Notes: generated by a model not told the origin, from the letters alone. Positions 12,967 through 26,091 are shown, numbered from the stretch's first letter. The stretch is 64,000 nt of DNA from Octopus vulgaris (GCA_951406725.2 OX597823.1:20708001-20772000); one strand, 5' to 3'. Translations and numbers: made by a program.

Positions 12967-13464
12967 GTATTCATATGCCGATGTATACGTGTATATATAT
13001 ACACTAACGTTACTATTCTTAGAAATAATATCGTTCTTATATATTTATATATAAATATGTGTAAATATATTTACACATACGTTAGAATGCGCATGAAAGC
13101 ACAGACATATCACCACGCTTCGAATAGGCATATAACAGTATATCTGAATGTGCGTTTGTGTGTGTGCATGTGTGTGAGTCTCTACGTGTGTCTGTGTTTG
13201 AGTCTTTGTATCTGTGTGTGCGTGTGTGTGTGTGTGTGTATGTACAAACAAGTAAACAGCATCTGTCATCTCTAGATGACTATTAATAATTATTAAATTA
13301 TCAATGTGTAAATACAGTTACTTTCAAATATTAATATGTACATTTACATACAAGCAGAAACCTATTAAAAGAATGATACCATTCTAATTTGTAGTTAAAC
13401 ATATGTACTTAAACTCATACAAACATATATGTATTTACGTATAATTGTATGTATGTGTACGCAT

Positions 13465-13775
13465 TATGGCTGCCCCCTCGTTATCGAGTATGGCCATTGC
13501 ACGAAGCTTAACTGTTACTGGTGCTGTGGTCGAATGTCACTCTTTAGCCCAACTAAAGATCTACAATGTCTTGTACAGAATTGGCAACTAAAACCTTTAT
13601 CGGTAATAGCCGGCTGTAGTTGTACCGGGGCTTCATGTACCTTTGCATGTCGTTTAAGTCCTCCTGCCGAATTACACTCTCTTCCACATGCCCGACAGAT
13701 ATGATTAGCATCGTGTGTTACACCACCACCAGTGGCCAGGTTGTCACTCATCTGTCTCGTTTTATGACTACGAAG
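13465..13775 (-). mobile_element. RTE-like LINE 3' fragment with two C2H2 zinc fingers
   Basis: HICRACGRECNSAGGLKRHAKVH and FSCQFCTRHCRSLVGLKS(D)IRPQH, then a stop and short UTR; no splice context. Confidence 0.65.
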
Positions 13776-14094
13776 ATACATACATACAGACATCCTCCCA
13801 ACACACACACAAATACACTCGCACACAAGCACACACATATATATTCATAGAGTTTTGTTAATAGTTTCAGCAAATTAAATCTTATTTCAGACTTTTGAAT
13901 ATCTTATATACGTATCATATAATTATGACGGGACTTTTGAGACAAATAAACTTTCATGTATGCAGAAAATGTATGTCTCAGTATTTAACTAGTTGTCATC
14001 GTTATTTTCAAGCTGTCTTCGGTTATACTTCACGATGGTCATCAGTAGCACGAGATTTTGAGAAGGAAAGCGTTAATTTTCAGTGATTAGGGAG

Positions 14095-14488
14095 GAAGCT
14101 TTCCGTCAGTTACGACGATGAGGGTTCCTGTTGATCCGAATCAACTGAACAGCCTGCTCGTGAAATTAACGTGTAAGTGGCTGAGCACTCCACAGACACG
14201 TGCACCCTTAACGTAGTTCTCGGGGATATTCAGCGCGACACAGAGAGTGACAAGGCCGGCCCCTTGAAAATACAGGTACAACAGAAACAGGAAGTAAGTG
14301 TGAGAGAAAGTTGTGGTGAAATAGTACAGAATAGTACAGCATGGATCACCACCATCCCCTGCCGGAGCCTCGTGGAGCTTTTAGGTGTTTTCGCTCAATA
14401 AACACTCACAACACCCGGTCTGGGAATCGAAACTGCGATCCTATGACCGCGAGTCCGCTGTCCTAACCACTGGGCCATTGCGCCTCCA
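14095..14488 (-). mobile_element. SINE family B, full length
   Basis: Reverse complement of the 61352-61735 copy; Pol III A/B boxes. Confidence 0.9.
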
Positions 14489-14606
14489 CTTTTTCAGGGA
14501 TTACACAGCTTTTAAAAAAAAGAGTTTATTCTAATCTGAGATGAGGTATTTTTCGACTTGTCGGAAATAGGTAAAAGCAAGAGCAGAAAAAATACTAATT
14601 AATAAT

Positions 14607-14775
14607 GAAAAGAAGGACATCGTTGCCAGCAGATTGCATAAAATAAAAAAAATACAAAAGGCAGAATTTGAAGAGTAAAAGAGCCATAAAGAAAAGAAGG
14701 ACATCATTGCCAGCGGATTGCATAAAATAAAACACAAAAGGCAGAATTTGAAGAGTAAAAGAGCCATAAAGAAAA
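14607..14775. repeat. ~84-bp tandem duplication (2 copies)
   Basis: Units start at 14607 and 14691 (GAAAAGAAGGACATC...GAGCCATAAA). Confidence 0.9.
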
Positions 14776-15353
14776 AAAGAGAGTATAGGCACATCAGGTG
14801 GAGCGTTGGCGAAACAGAATTTTCGAAGGAGTCATTGTTTTCACTTGTACGACTATGTGGGTGGTTTATTCTCTGCTTTCACAATTCTGAGCTAGAAAAC
14901 GATATTCGGAAAGTGCAGTTTGAGGGTTTTAAAGTTAATGCTGCGCTCTTTAAATAGACAGCAATTACTGAGTTTCAGGACATTCTTAAATAGTTACTCG
15001 TATATCTAAATCTTTTGTAGGTGAATATATTGTGACTGGAGGCTAAAATTCTGAAGTATGTTGCGCTGTAATATAATCGAGTCGGTGCACATATATGCAT
15101 CATGTATTGGCTCTGTGTAGAGAGATTTAGATTTAGAAGTAAATTAACTAGTGCTTGTTCGGTTGGTATTGCTTTCCATAATGTTCTTACTCTAGCATAA
15201 GTGGTGCTTTCTATTTGGAGAGAAGAAATTTCTCTTTGTGGATGCACCTGGTGAAAGTTTCTGTTTCTTTTCTGGAATTCAGATAGTTGGTTTTTACGAC
15301 TGAAACAGGCTACAATGTTCCTCTGAACACTAAAATATATTTGCAATGCTTAC

Positions 15354-15454
15354 CAGGATTGAACACGGTCCGATGAAACTCCAACAGATTTTAAATACCA
15401 TAAATGGCTTCCTTCCCAGCATCATTTCTATGTCTTCTGAAAATCTTTTGATAC
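15354..15454 (-). CDS. SLC6 transporter exon, TM11 (101 nt)
   Basis: TTTTTTCAG|GTATC...CTG|GTAAGC; (G)IKRFSEDIEMMLGRKPFMVFKICWSFIGPCSIL; phase 1->0. This reading frame is not in the ORF track. Confidence 0.97.
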
Positions 15455-15499
15455 CTGAAAAAATATGACAGTAAAATGCTGTCGATAATACGCTGGTGT

Positions 15500-15927
15500 G
15501 ATAGTAGTAGTAGTAGTGGTGGTAGTAGTAGTAGTAGTGCTGATGGTAGTAGTAGTAGTAGTGGTGTTGGTGATAGTAGTAGTAGTGGTAGTGGTTGTAA
15601 CCGCAGTATTAGTATTAGTAGTTGTAGTAGTAGTGGAGGTGGTGGTAGTAGCATTAGTGGTGGTGGTAGTAGTAGTAGTGGTAGTAGCAGCAGTATTAGT
15701 ATTAGTGGAGGTGGTGGTAGCAGTAGTAGTAGTGGCGGTGGTTGTAGTATTAGTGGTAGTGGTTTTAGCAGCAGTCTTAGCATTAGTAGTTGTAGTAGTA
15801 GTGGAGGTAGTGGTAGTAGCAGTAGTAATATTGGTGGTAGTAGTAGTAGTGGTTGTGGTAGTAGTAGTAGTTGTAGTAGTAGTAGTAGTAGTAGTAGTAG
15901 CAGTAGTGGTAGTATTAGTAGTGGTAG
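15500..15927. repeat. Degenerate (GTA/GTG)n trinucleotide tract
   Basis: Directly visible; source of the poly-S/poly-V ORFs. Confidence 0.95.
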
Positions 15928-16403
15928 TTTATTGTATTTTGTACCTTATTGGTGTATGGTAATGTATACTGATGCGTTACCATACTCTAGCGGTTGGTAT
16001 CTTTATCATGTTCACACCTAGTATAATACATGTCAAAGATAATCAGGTGTGATCCCAGATTAGACCTGATAAGGAAAACCTATTCTGTGCAGTAATTAGC
16101 TAAAGAAGTTATTTTCCATCCACATGTCTATACTATGACACCACCAAGTGAAGGTTAGTAATTTATGCACCGACATAAAGTGATTTATTACATATTTTTA
16201 ATTACTGTTGAGGCTTATCGATGTCAAACATGAAAAAATCATTAAAAACAAATCTACTGCTTATCCAAACTCATTTATACACTTTTTTTATAGACCTACA
16301 GTATTTATAACATTTGTAATATTTTATATTTCCAGAGATTTATTTTTTATATACGTCTTTCACCATTTGACCACCTTGCACGCAAAGGATGTTTTTTTTT
16401 TAT

Positions 16404-16560
16404 AGGAGTGGCCGTGTGGTAAGTAGCTTGTTTACGAACCACATGGTTCCGGGTTCAGTTCCACTGCATGGCACCTTGAGCAAGTGTCTTCTGCTATAGC
16501 CTCGAGCTGACCAAATCCTTGTGAGTGGATTTGGTAGACGGAAACCAAAAGAAGCCTGTC

Positions 16561-16628
<68 letters not shown>

Positions 16629-16890
16629 GTATGTATGCATGCATGTATGTATGTATGTATGTATGTATGTGAATGTGTATATGTTCATGTGTCTGTGCTT
16701 GTCCCCGCCCCAACATCGCTTGGCAACCGATGCTAGTGTATTTACGTCCCCAGTAACTTAGCGGTTCGGCGAAAGAGGCCGATAGAATAAGTACTAGGCT
16801 TACAAAGAATAAGTCTTGGGGTCGATTTGCTCGACTAAAGGTAGGGCTCCAGCATGGCCACAGTCAAATGACTGAAACAAGTAAAAGAGT
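16404..16890 (+). mobile_element. SINE family C, full length
   Basis: Complete head-(TA)n(TGTA)n-tail organisation. Confidence 0.92.
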
Positions 16891-17414
16891 ATATATTTAT
16901 TGACCTATTTGATTATTTTTTTTACCCTCTTACCAGTTTTCCCAAACCAACAAAGCTGCCAAAGAGATTTATCCGATTTTTTATGTAATTCCTGAAAATA
17001 GAAATGTTGTAATCGATAAAAAACATATTCGATCTAAACTGGATTAATAAATTTATTTATTCATTTATTTATCCAGAAGAGATAGCGCAGCGGCTATGAC
17101 CAGAGGCACTTGGTGGGAGAGAAGATGGAATTCCCTTAACAATAGAGAGAGGAGGTGAATGCTTGTAACAAAGTGGGCTTTGCCAAAACTAACTATACCT
17201 GCGCTTAGTGAGTATAGTAACCACTCAGTCTGTTCATGCCGGTTCTTAGTAACATGATGTCAAACCTTGTTGATCAGATCCATAATCTTTGAGGTTCCAG
17301 CTGTGAACATCCTCATCTTTTTTTCTGACATTAACCACATTGCTCAATGCTTTTTTGAGGGATGGTATGGCCGTTGGTTACTAGGTTATTACAACTGACA
17401 CAAGCACTCTAATG

Positions 17415-18075
17415 TTTGTTACTGTTGTTGTTCACCTAAAGCACCCGAGGATAAGTCTCAGAAGCGCTAGAGCCGCAGAAGGGAGACGAATCATAGCGTC
17501 CACCATCAATGCCGGATATCTCAGCCAGAGATGTTCTGCAGATTCCACCTTCTCGTTAAAGAGTCTGCATTGATCTGTGTCGCTGCGTCCTGCCATCTTT
17601 TACCACCACCTGAGTGCTGGATGATGACCACTACGGAAACGTATCATGTCTGTGAAGTCTGCCTTCGAGAGGGCCGCTTCGGTTCTTTCATCCGGCTTCT
17701 TCGTGAAGACTTCCTTCAGACGGGTATGTTGAATTGGCGTTGGCTGGAACGTTCGACAAATATATTTCTTTACTACCCACAAGGGGCTAAACACAGAGGG
17801 GATAAACAAGGACAGACAAACGGATTAGTCGATTACATCGACCCCAGTGCGTAACTGGTACTTAATTTATCGACCCCGAAAGGATGAAAGGCAAAGTCGA
17901 CCTCGGCGGAATTTGAACTCAGAACGTAACGGCAGACGAAATACAGCTACGCATTTCGCCCGGCGTGCTAACGTTTCTGCCAGCTCGACAAATAACCGCC
18001 TGACGAATGGCTGTATCGATGGCGGCATCCGGTTGTGGCAGCGCCGAACCACGTTTCGCCTGCATATCTGCGAAA
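17415..18075 (-). mobile_element. I-group/Ingi-like LINE 3' fragment (RNase H end + CCHC), split by a SINE
   Basis: 'FADMQAKRGS...AVIC|RTFQ...RFRSGHHP...QCRLFNEKVESAEHLWLRYP...', then a stop and a CAACAACAG tail. Confidence 0.7.
17763..17984 (-). mobile_element. SINE family A (tRNA head + Nin/Deu-like core)
   Basis: Core GCCGAGGTCGACTTTGCCTTTCATCCTTTCGGGGTCGATAAATTAAGTACCAG; flanked by TCGACAAATA direct repeats. Confidence 0.9.
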
Positions 18076-18504
18076 TGTCGTTGTTTTTGCTGTTTGGTGC
18101 CTGATCATGAAATTTGTTATTACTTTCATATTCACACCGCAACCTCTCTGTTATTATGACGACATCGATGTGATTGAATTAGACGGTGTTTCACATGCAT
18201 CGCCACCACAACAATCAGTGTCTCTATAAAGAGCAGATAAATCAGCTCCGATTAATTCTCTGCGGTTATCGACCTGCCAGATATAGCAACCAAATTTCCT
18301 TCAATTTAAAATTTAGCGTCCTGTGAAAAAAATGATGCACGTTGGATATCATTCTGGATGTACAGAGACCTGAGGACGGACTGTCAGGAATAGTTTTAAC
18401 AGATTTACTAGTCAGGGCTGATCCACAACTGAACAACTCGTTTAAGGCTTTAATGTTAATTAAAATTTTCGCTAACTGTGGTTGTAGTAAAAGTAGAGTT
18501 GATA

Positions 18505-18528
18505 GCAGCAGCATCAGAAGCAGCAGTG

Positions 18529-18588
<60 letters not shown>

Positions 18589-18667
18589 ATGGTGGTAGTA
18601 GTGCTGGTAGTGGTAGTAGTGGTAGTAGTGGTGGTGGTAGTAGTAGTCATAGTAGTAGTATTAGTCA

Positions 18668-18705
<38 letters not shown>
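18505..18705. repeat. (GTA)n tract
   Basis: Directly visible. Confidence 0.95.
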
Positions 18706-18809
18706 AGATGATGGGGTAGAAGTATATGACGACAAAGAAGAAGAAAGACCAGGAGGAAGAGGAGGATAGGAGGAAGAGAGAATGAGGGAAGGAATAAGAC
18801 AGTACTTAC

Positions 18810-18909
18810 CATATACCCAACTGATAACAAATCCTTCGACCACACCGATTACAAGTAAAGGAAATCCACCCAGGTAGGTATCAAAAAGATTCAGCATATA
18901 GTGACCACC
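18810..18909 (-). CDS. SLC6 transporter exon, TM10 (100 nt)
   Basis: TGCAG|GGTGGT...TATG|GTAAGT; GGHYMLNLFDTYLGGFPLLVIGVVEGFVISWVY(G); phase 0->1. Confidence 0.97.
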
Positions 18910-19156
18910 CTGCACAAGGAATAAATAAGTAAATAGTTATATTGCATATCCAAGTGTATGCATAGTGAGTTTGTGCATATATGTTGTGTGTGTGTGTGTG
19001 TGTTTCAGTATGTAGACCCTATAGTGTAACATTAGCGGAGTGTAAAAAGATACACATACCTTTCATTCTATAGGGGTTCCTCATCAATAAATGAAAATAT
19101 CCTCTGAAAATTACGAAATCCGAGCACACTGTAGACCTATCCCAACCTGACGGATG

Positions 19157-19223
<67 letters not shown>

Positions 19224-19230
<7 letters not shown>

Positions 19231-19404
19231 TAGTTATCGCCATACTAATATGGTAGTCTATAAATATAAGACTAAAGCTGTAATGGACGCAGGTTCGTGT
19301 GTCAAATAGCTAGCTAGAGGCGATGGCCTCTTGGAGCTAATCAGCGACAGCTTTACTCTTATATTTATAGACTACCATAGTAGTATGGCGATAACTATTA
19401 ATAT
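19224..19404. repeat. Fold-back inverted repeat, 58-bp arms
   Basis: 19224-19281 vs 19347-19404, 2 mismatches, 65-nt spacer; abuts (TA)n. Confidence 0.95.
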
Positions 19405-19457
19405 CCAGTAACGCTGCCGTAATCTCCTTTAGAGAGACTTAGCAATTTTAATATTTC

Positions 19458-19555
<98 letters not shown>

Positions 19556-19705
19556 CATTATTATTATCATCATCATCATCATTATTATTATAATTATAAT
19601 AATTTTTGTGTAAGTTTACCGATAATGGTTCTTTTAACATACCTAACTACTTGGTAAGATTATTAATTATAAATTGATCAATTTTACCCTTTATTATTAT
19701 TATTG

Positions 19706-19788
<83 letters not shown>

Positions 19789-19815
19789 ATACACACACAC
19801 AGACTCGTACATATA

Positions 19816-20027
19816 CAGGAACCACTCGACTATCGCGGTTACGTTCCAAAACCCCGCGATAGGTAAAAATCCGTGAAGTAGAAACAGTACTGTATATTTT
19901 ATTTTAATTATTTTCATAATTTGCATATATTTATTTTATTATAAATGGAAACCAATATCAGTCAGGAATCGACGTATGTTTTAAAAAAAACGCGATAGGT
20001 GAACCGCGATATGGCGAAGGATTACTG
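19816..20027. mobile_element. Tigger/pogo-like MITE
   Basis: TA|CAGGAACCACTCGACTATCGCGGTT ... AACCGCGATATGGCGAAGGATTACTG|TG; imperfect TIRs with subterminal CGCGATAGGT repeats. Confidence 0.7.
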
Positions 20028-20199
20028 TGAATGCGTATGTTATAGATATACATTGTATTTAGATATACATGTATTTGCGTGTGTGTGTGCACGTATATAT
20101 ACGTGCATGTATATGTATATGTGCATGCGTTTATGCACATATACACACATACATATATCTATGTGTTTAGGTATGTGTATGGATATGGATATAAATAAT

Positions 20200-20762
20200 C
20201 TTTTCTACTCTAGGTACAAGGCCCGAAATTTTTGGATCGACCCCAGAATGCAACTGGCACTAGATTTATCGACCCCGAAAGGATGAAAGGCAAAGTCGAC
20301 CTCGGCGGAATTTGAATTCAGAACGTAAAGACAGACGAAATACCTCTTTCTTTACTACCCACAAGGGGCTAAACACAGAGGGGGCAAACAAGGACAGACA
20401 AACGGATTAAGTCGTTTACATCGACCCCAGTGCGTAACTGGTACTTAATTTATCGACCCCGAAAGGATGAAAGGCAAAGTCAACCTCTGCGGAATTTGAA
20501 CTCAGAACGTAACGGCAGACGAAATACCTCTTTCTTTACTACTCACAAGGGGCTAAACACAGAGGGGGCAAACAAGGACAGACATAGGTATTAAGTCGTT
20601 TACATCGACCCCAGTGCGTAACTGGTACTTAATTTATCGACCCCGAAAGGATGACAGGCAAAGTCGACCTCGGCGGAATTTGAACTCAGAACGTAACGGC
20701 AGACGAAATACGGCTACGCATTTCGCCCGGCGTGCTAACGTTTCTGCCAGCTCGCCGCCTTG
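20200..20762 (-). mobile_element. SINE family A trimer with 16-bp TSD
   Basis: One head and three cores; TATGGATATAAATAAT at 20184-20199 and 20763-20778. Confidence 0.92.
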
Positions 20763-22039
20763 TATGGATATAAATAATGCCTACCCTCGTACGCTATTCT
20801 TTTGCTGAAAGTCTTCAGAAAATTTAACATTTAGTCTAAATTTTCAAAGGATGCATATTCTGCACCCGTATTGCCAACACCCTGATAAATTAGACAATAC
20901 TTAATTAGTTTAAGAAATATAATCATTTGAAAATTAAGTCGTTTAGAGACGACATCTTCAAAAACAATAGCTAATTAACGTTAAGGTATCCGGTGTATGG
21001 AGCATTGGTTGGCGTCTTCGAAGAATTTAATTTGTAACCAATTATATTTTTTCTGTGGAAGCAATTAAACATATTTTATATATGAACTTGGGATTCCCCT
21101 ACAGAATATGAATTCAGTGCATTTCCGAGAAACACAAAATGAGACGGAGACATATTGTCGAGAAAAGAAAAATATTCATCTTTGACTGATGACTTTTTTT
21201 TCTCCTGACGCAAATTCATTTCTAGTTATTATTTTAACGCTGCCTGCAATAAAAACGTTAACAAGAACTCGGCTAATATTTCATATCCGAAATAACTTTC
21301 TTTAGTTCTAGTAGCCCGATAGTATTCGCAAAACAGTGGGCACTGCGTTCTCCAAGGAATTAAGACAGATTAAGTTAATTCTTACCATGTCTTAACCATC
21401 GTAAGCATTGGTCAATTTGACATATTTCCTAAGTTGTTAACACTTGTGGTTTACGTTCGGCTTCTTTCGCTCAATCACTTGGCTGATATATTGAAGGCAT
21501 CAAATTCCAACATCCTTTGCATACTCAATATAACATTAAGCGGAGAAATTGGATAGGGTAAAATGCAATCAAGAACATTACTGTATAAACTATAGTTACA
21601 CAATATTAGCTTCCTTAATCAGACAACATTTCCGGAACGCTCATAAATTTCTATGCATTTTCAATAAAAATACCATAAAGATGGGTTGCATCACTGTTAA
21701 AGTCAATTTAGTGGCAGTATGATTTACGAACGAAAATATTAGAAACACGTAGAGTTGGAAGTTAGTCGTAATAAGCGTATATTTGTCGATATATAGAAAA
21801 ACCTCACCTAAAATGCAAATAAGTAGAGAAATGCATTATATAAAATGCTGAGAGAGACAACTGAGAAGCCGCCAATATCTGCAGGAGATCTGGTGAAATT
21901 ACTGCAGATAGAGTCTCACCGAGAAACATCATATCATTCACCACCTTTCACCACCCTTCACCAATGTTTGCAAATAAAGAGAGAAAGAGAGAGAGAGGGA
22001 GAGAAAGATTTAAAGTGATGATATGTATCTTTCATCTAG

Positions 22040-22443
22040 TCTTTTTTACTTATTTCAGTGACCATGCTGGAGTACCGCGTTGAAGGGTTTTAGCCCAACA
22101 AATCGACCCCAGGATTTTTAAAGCCTAGCACTTATTATGTTGGCCTCTTTGCCAAACCGCCTAGTTACGGGGACATAAATACATCAATACTGGTTGTCAA
22201 GCGGTAATGGGGGACAGACATAGACACAAAGACAACATGTACACGCACACACGCACATATATATATACGACGGGCTTCTTTCAGTTTCTGTCTACCAAAT
22301 CCACTCACCAGACATTGGTCAGCCCAAGGCTATAGTAAAAGACACTAGCCCAAATTTCCACGCAGTGGGACTGAACCCGGAACCATGTGGTTAGGAAGCA
22401 AGCTGCTTCCCGAAAACATTACTTACCACACAGCCACTCCTCC
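22040..22443 (-). mobile_element. SINE family C, older copy
   Basis: Homology to other family C copies. Confidence 0.85.
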
Positions 22444-22535
22444 ATCTAAACATACTTCGCATATGCATGCATACGTGAATATATGCATACATATACATTC
22501 AATGAAAATAGGATTAATTGCTTGATATTACTTAC

Positions 22536-22673
22536 GTTTGTCAACATACAGAGCCCGATCAGGAAGAATATAGTGCACATGAAAAGACGGAAGAGGGTAC
22601 TGGCTTTCTTCTTACGTAGGTGGTCAGCATAGTCATCGATTAAAGCTGTAAATATCATCTCTGATCCTGAAAA
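22536..22673 (-). CDS. SLC6 transporter exon, TM8-TM9 (138 nt)
   Basis: CTAG|TTTTCAGGA...AAC|GTAAGT; FSGSEMIFTALIDDYADHLRKKKASTLFRLFMCTIFFLIGLCMLTN; phase 0->0. Confidence 0.93.
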
Positions 22674-22829
22674 CTAGTCAGATGAAGAGCAATATACAAA
22701 TATATAACAATCCAGGAAATAAATCTAAAAACATATAAATACATTGATAGTTATAGGTAACGGTGAGTCGTTTAAAATTTTTCATTCATAAAAACGTGCT
22801 CAGATAATTTTTTTTTAGATAAGAATTCT

Positions 22830-23620
22830 GTCAAAACCGATTGCTGTCTGCAGTTCACAATCCAACAAGATCTTTGCATTTTCTTTTTCGAATCTCTTTT
22901 CCACCTTGTGGACATAACACCTTTCGAAAGAAGGGAGTTCGCTATCAACTAATATCTCCAGTTCTTATATTCTTCCTGTTATAGTTTAGGGCATTCTCAA
23001 ACTATGTGTGCAATCATTTCTTCTCTTTCACTGCACATCTATCACTTCCGGTCAAATACTTACTTTGTCTATGACTTTTCAGAAGTTTGTCGTTCGCACT
23101 GTTTGCTCCTGTGCAGTCATAATTCAGTCTCTCTCTTAAGGCTACTTTTCTGCAGTCAGTTGTAGATTTTATCTCCACGAATCTGGTTTCTAGCTACAAA
23201 GAATTTGCCATGCAAATGTTGTACGTCTTTCTTCTCATCATCAAACATAATTATCCGATTTTACCAACTTGATCAACTTTTCATTGCTTTCGCGGATATA
23301 CCGCTTGAGATTGGCAACCTCCATATTCACACAATCCTGAACACTTATTATCCCTCATCGTCCTTTAATCCCTCTTCAAGAATAGCTGATCAACATCTTG
23401 GAGATGAAATATCTTATATATCGTTAATAATTTTCTGGTCTTATTCTCCAAGATCTTTAAGTCATCTTTCGTCCATTTGACTATACCAACTCCATTACGG
23501 CCTTAGAATTGGTAATCGAGATAGTATTTATAAAGTTCAATTTCGATTTCAAGTCTTCAAGTTTACCAAGATACTTGTACCATTAATCTTTGTCAATCTC
23601 TTTAATTTCCTCGTCTGTGC
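22830..23620 (-). mobile_element. Degenerate R4/Dong-clade non-LTR retrotransposon fragment
   Basis: Interrupted translation: 'IKEIDKD*WYKYLG', 'LKSKLN', 'GIVKWTKDDLKILENKTRKLLT', 'DVDQLFLKR', 'LKRETE..TAQEQTVRT', 'MCSEREEMIAHIV*ECPKL..EYKNWR'. Confidence 0.8.
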
Positions 23621-24489
23621 GCAAGTTATTTCTTCTCTTTTTTCATACCTTTCTATTTTCATTAGCGAGATATCACATTTATTCCCCACCCCCAAAAAAA
23701 CTCCATGCCGATGTCAGTACTAACTACTAACACCGTAATTCCGAAATACCAGGTTACCGTCCGACAGGGGATAACTGATCGTTTCATAGACAGGGAAGGG
23801 GTCTTCCAAGGAAGGGGGTCTTCAGGATAAAAATAGTAGGGAAGGAAAACCTTAAACAAATCAGTCCTCAATAGAGTGAAAAATGACAAATATGGAAGAT
23901 AGAAACAACAGCGTACACTAAACCGAAATTCAAGACGAAGGTGCCGTACCCGACAGGGAAATGGACAAGGGTTTTCAGGTTGTCATCACGGGAAATTTTC
24001 GAACCATTAATGGATGAAAGAAATTAATAGGCTTGAAATGACGTTATCTGAATAGTGATCCAACGAAAAGAAATTACAGGAGAAAATGCTTACCATCAGG
24101 AACGAGATGAGGCATTTCATAATGAGTAAAAACTTATAGGAAGAGCACGGGAGATTAAGATCAATAGATTGCTATCTATGAATGAGACAGAAAAGATAAA
24201 ACAAGAAATAAGTCAGGAAACTAGTGGATCAGGTTCAGTTATTACTGAGGATGATGAAGGTGAAGGAAATGATGTGAAGGTTTGGGCAGACGTTGGTAGG
24301 GCAGAACATAATGAAGGTAATAAATCTTTAAGCTTTAAGGCAAACGAGAAACGCCTGGAAGCTGTTAATTTAAACATATTTGCTCTGATGAAAGATGAAC
24401 TTGAGAAAGTACCTTTATCTTGTATCCCTAAGGAATATTAGTGTAACAGACTAAAATTACAGGAGAAAAATACTAAAATACGTCTAAGC

Positions 24490-25260
24490 TGAAATCCTCA
24501 TGATTCAAGAATTTCAAAATCAAACGTACATCACATTTTGAAGATTTGTCATTGAGAATATTCCTTACCAAAAGTAGTCATTGTTTTCAATGAAAATTAT
24601 CCGAACCGATTAAATATTTTTTGCGTGTGGTACCTGACAAAATGTGAAGATGTACGCTTTCCAACAAAGATCGTTTGGAATGATGTCGCTACGCTTGAAT
24701 TAAATGGCCCAACTGTGCATACACCTGACCTAAAAACCCGAATATTAGGAATGAATATCATGTTACTTGATCATGAATGACAATATGATGCTACTTATCG
24801 TCAAACGTATCAATTGGTCTTTTCTTTTTAGACAGTACTGTGGCCTGATCTCATTTATATCAATCCTCTGCGGCACTCTTTCGTGTCATACATTCAAGAG
24901 GAGTTTGAAAATGTCGAATTTTATGTCCAGCAAACCGGAGAAGGGTACTCAACACTACTCTAGTAATTTAAAGAGCTATTTTGCTGAGAATTTGCGAAAC
25001 AGATGGGATAAAGAGAGTGTTTCAGTAGTGTTTCACAGCACAAGACTTCTTTCATGTGGATATTTGAAAGAAAATTTTCCGTACGAAACTGGCAACAGTC
25101 GACGAATTGAGGGCAGACAAATAACGACCGGAATACTTCTTGATGTTTGTGATTGCATTGTCTCGCAATTTTAGGAGGATCTGGAACGGAACAGCCATCC
25201 CTCTGGAAACAGTCATCCATATAAAAAAATACAAATTAAATTAAGTCTATAGATGTATTT
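24490..25260 (+). pseudogene. Highly degenerate Tc1/mariner-superfamily (maT/rosa-like) transposase remnant
   Basis: 'KIVWNDVATLELNG' (cf. WSDEATFxLNG) and 'RTKLATVDELRA' fragments; many lesions. Confidence 0.5.
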
Positions 25261-25306
25261 AAATTTCGTAAAATAAACTTTTAATAAACACCAATTTTTT
25301 AATCAT

Positions 25307-25778
<472 letters not shown>

Positions 25779-26091
25779 ATTGAATACCTATAGAAATTTT
25801 TTTGGGCGGGTACCTTGTATATGCACAGGCTCACATATACGCACATATATTTGCGTGTTTGAAAAGCGTAAACGCGAATATATATCTTTAAATATATTAA
25901 TGTGCAACTGAGATGCAGATACATATAAACAATTCTATTTCTATTTGTAAATGTCAATACTCTTGAGTGATTCTATCTGTGCAGTTTGTTGCTCTCGTCG
26001 TTGTCGTTGTTGTTGTTGTTGCTGCTGTTGCTGGGGTTGATGGTTGGGTGGTATTGGTTGGGTGATGGTTGGGTGTCGTTATAATATGGAA

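Noticed and set aside
11988-14775. Short direct repeats considered as CRISPR-like arrays
   Set aside because: Only 2-3 adjacent copies without unique spacers, in eukaryotic intronic DNA.
15391-16021. Long poly-S/poly-V/poly-L ORFs (also the YI/CV/HT-rich ORFs throughout)
   Set aside because: Products of microsatellites lacking stop codons.
20860-21450. Possible Tc1-like remnant
   Set aside because: Too degenerate; no reliable catalytic motif or TIR pair.
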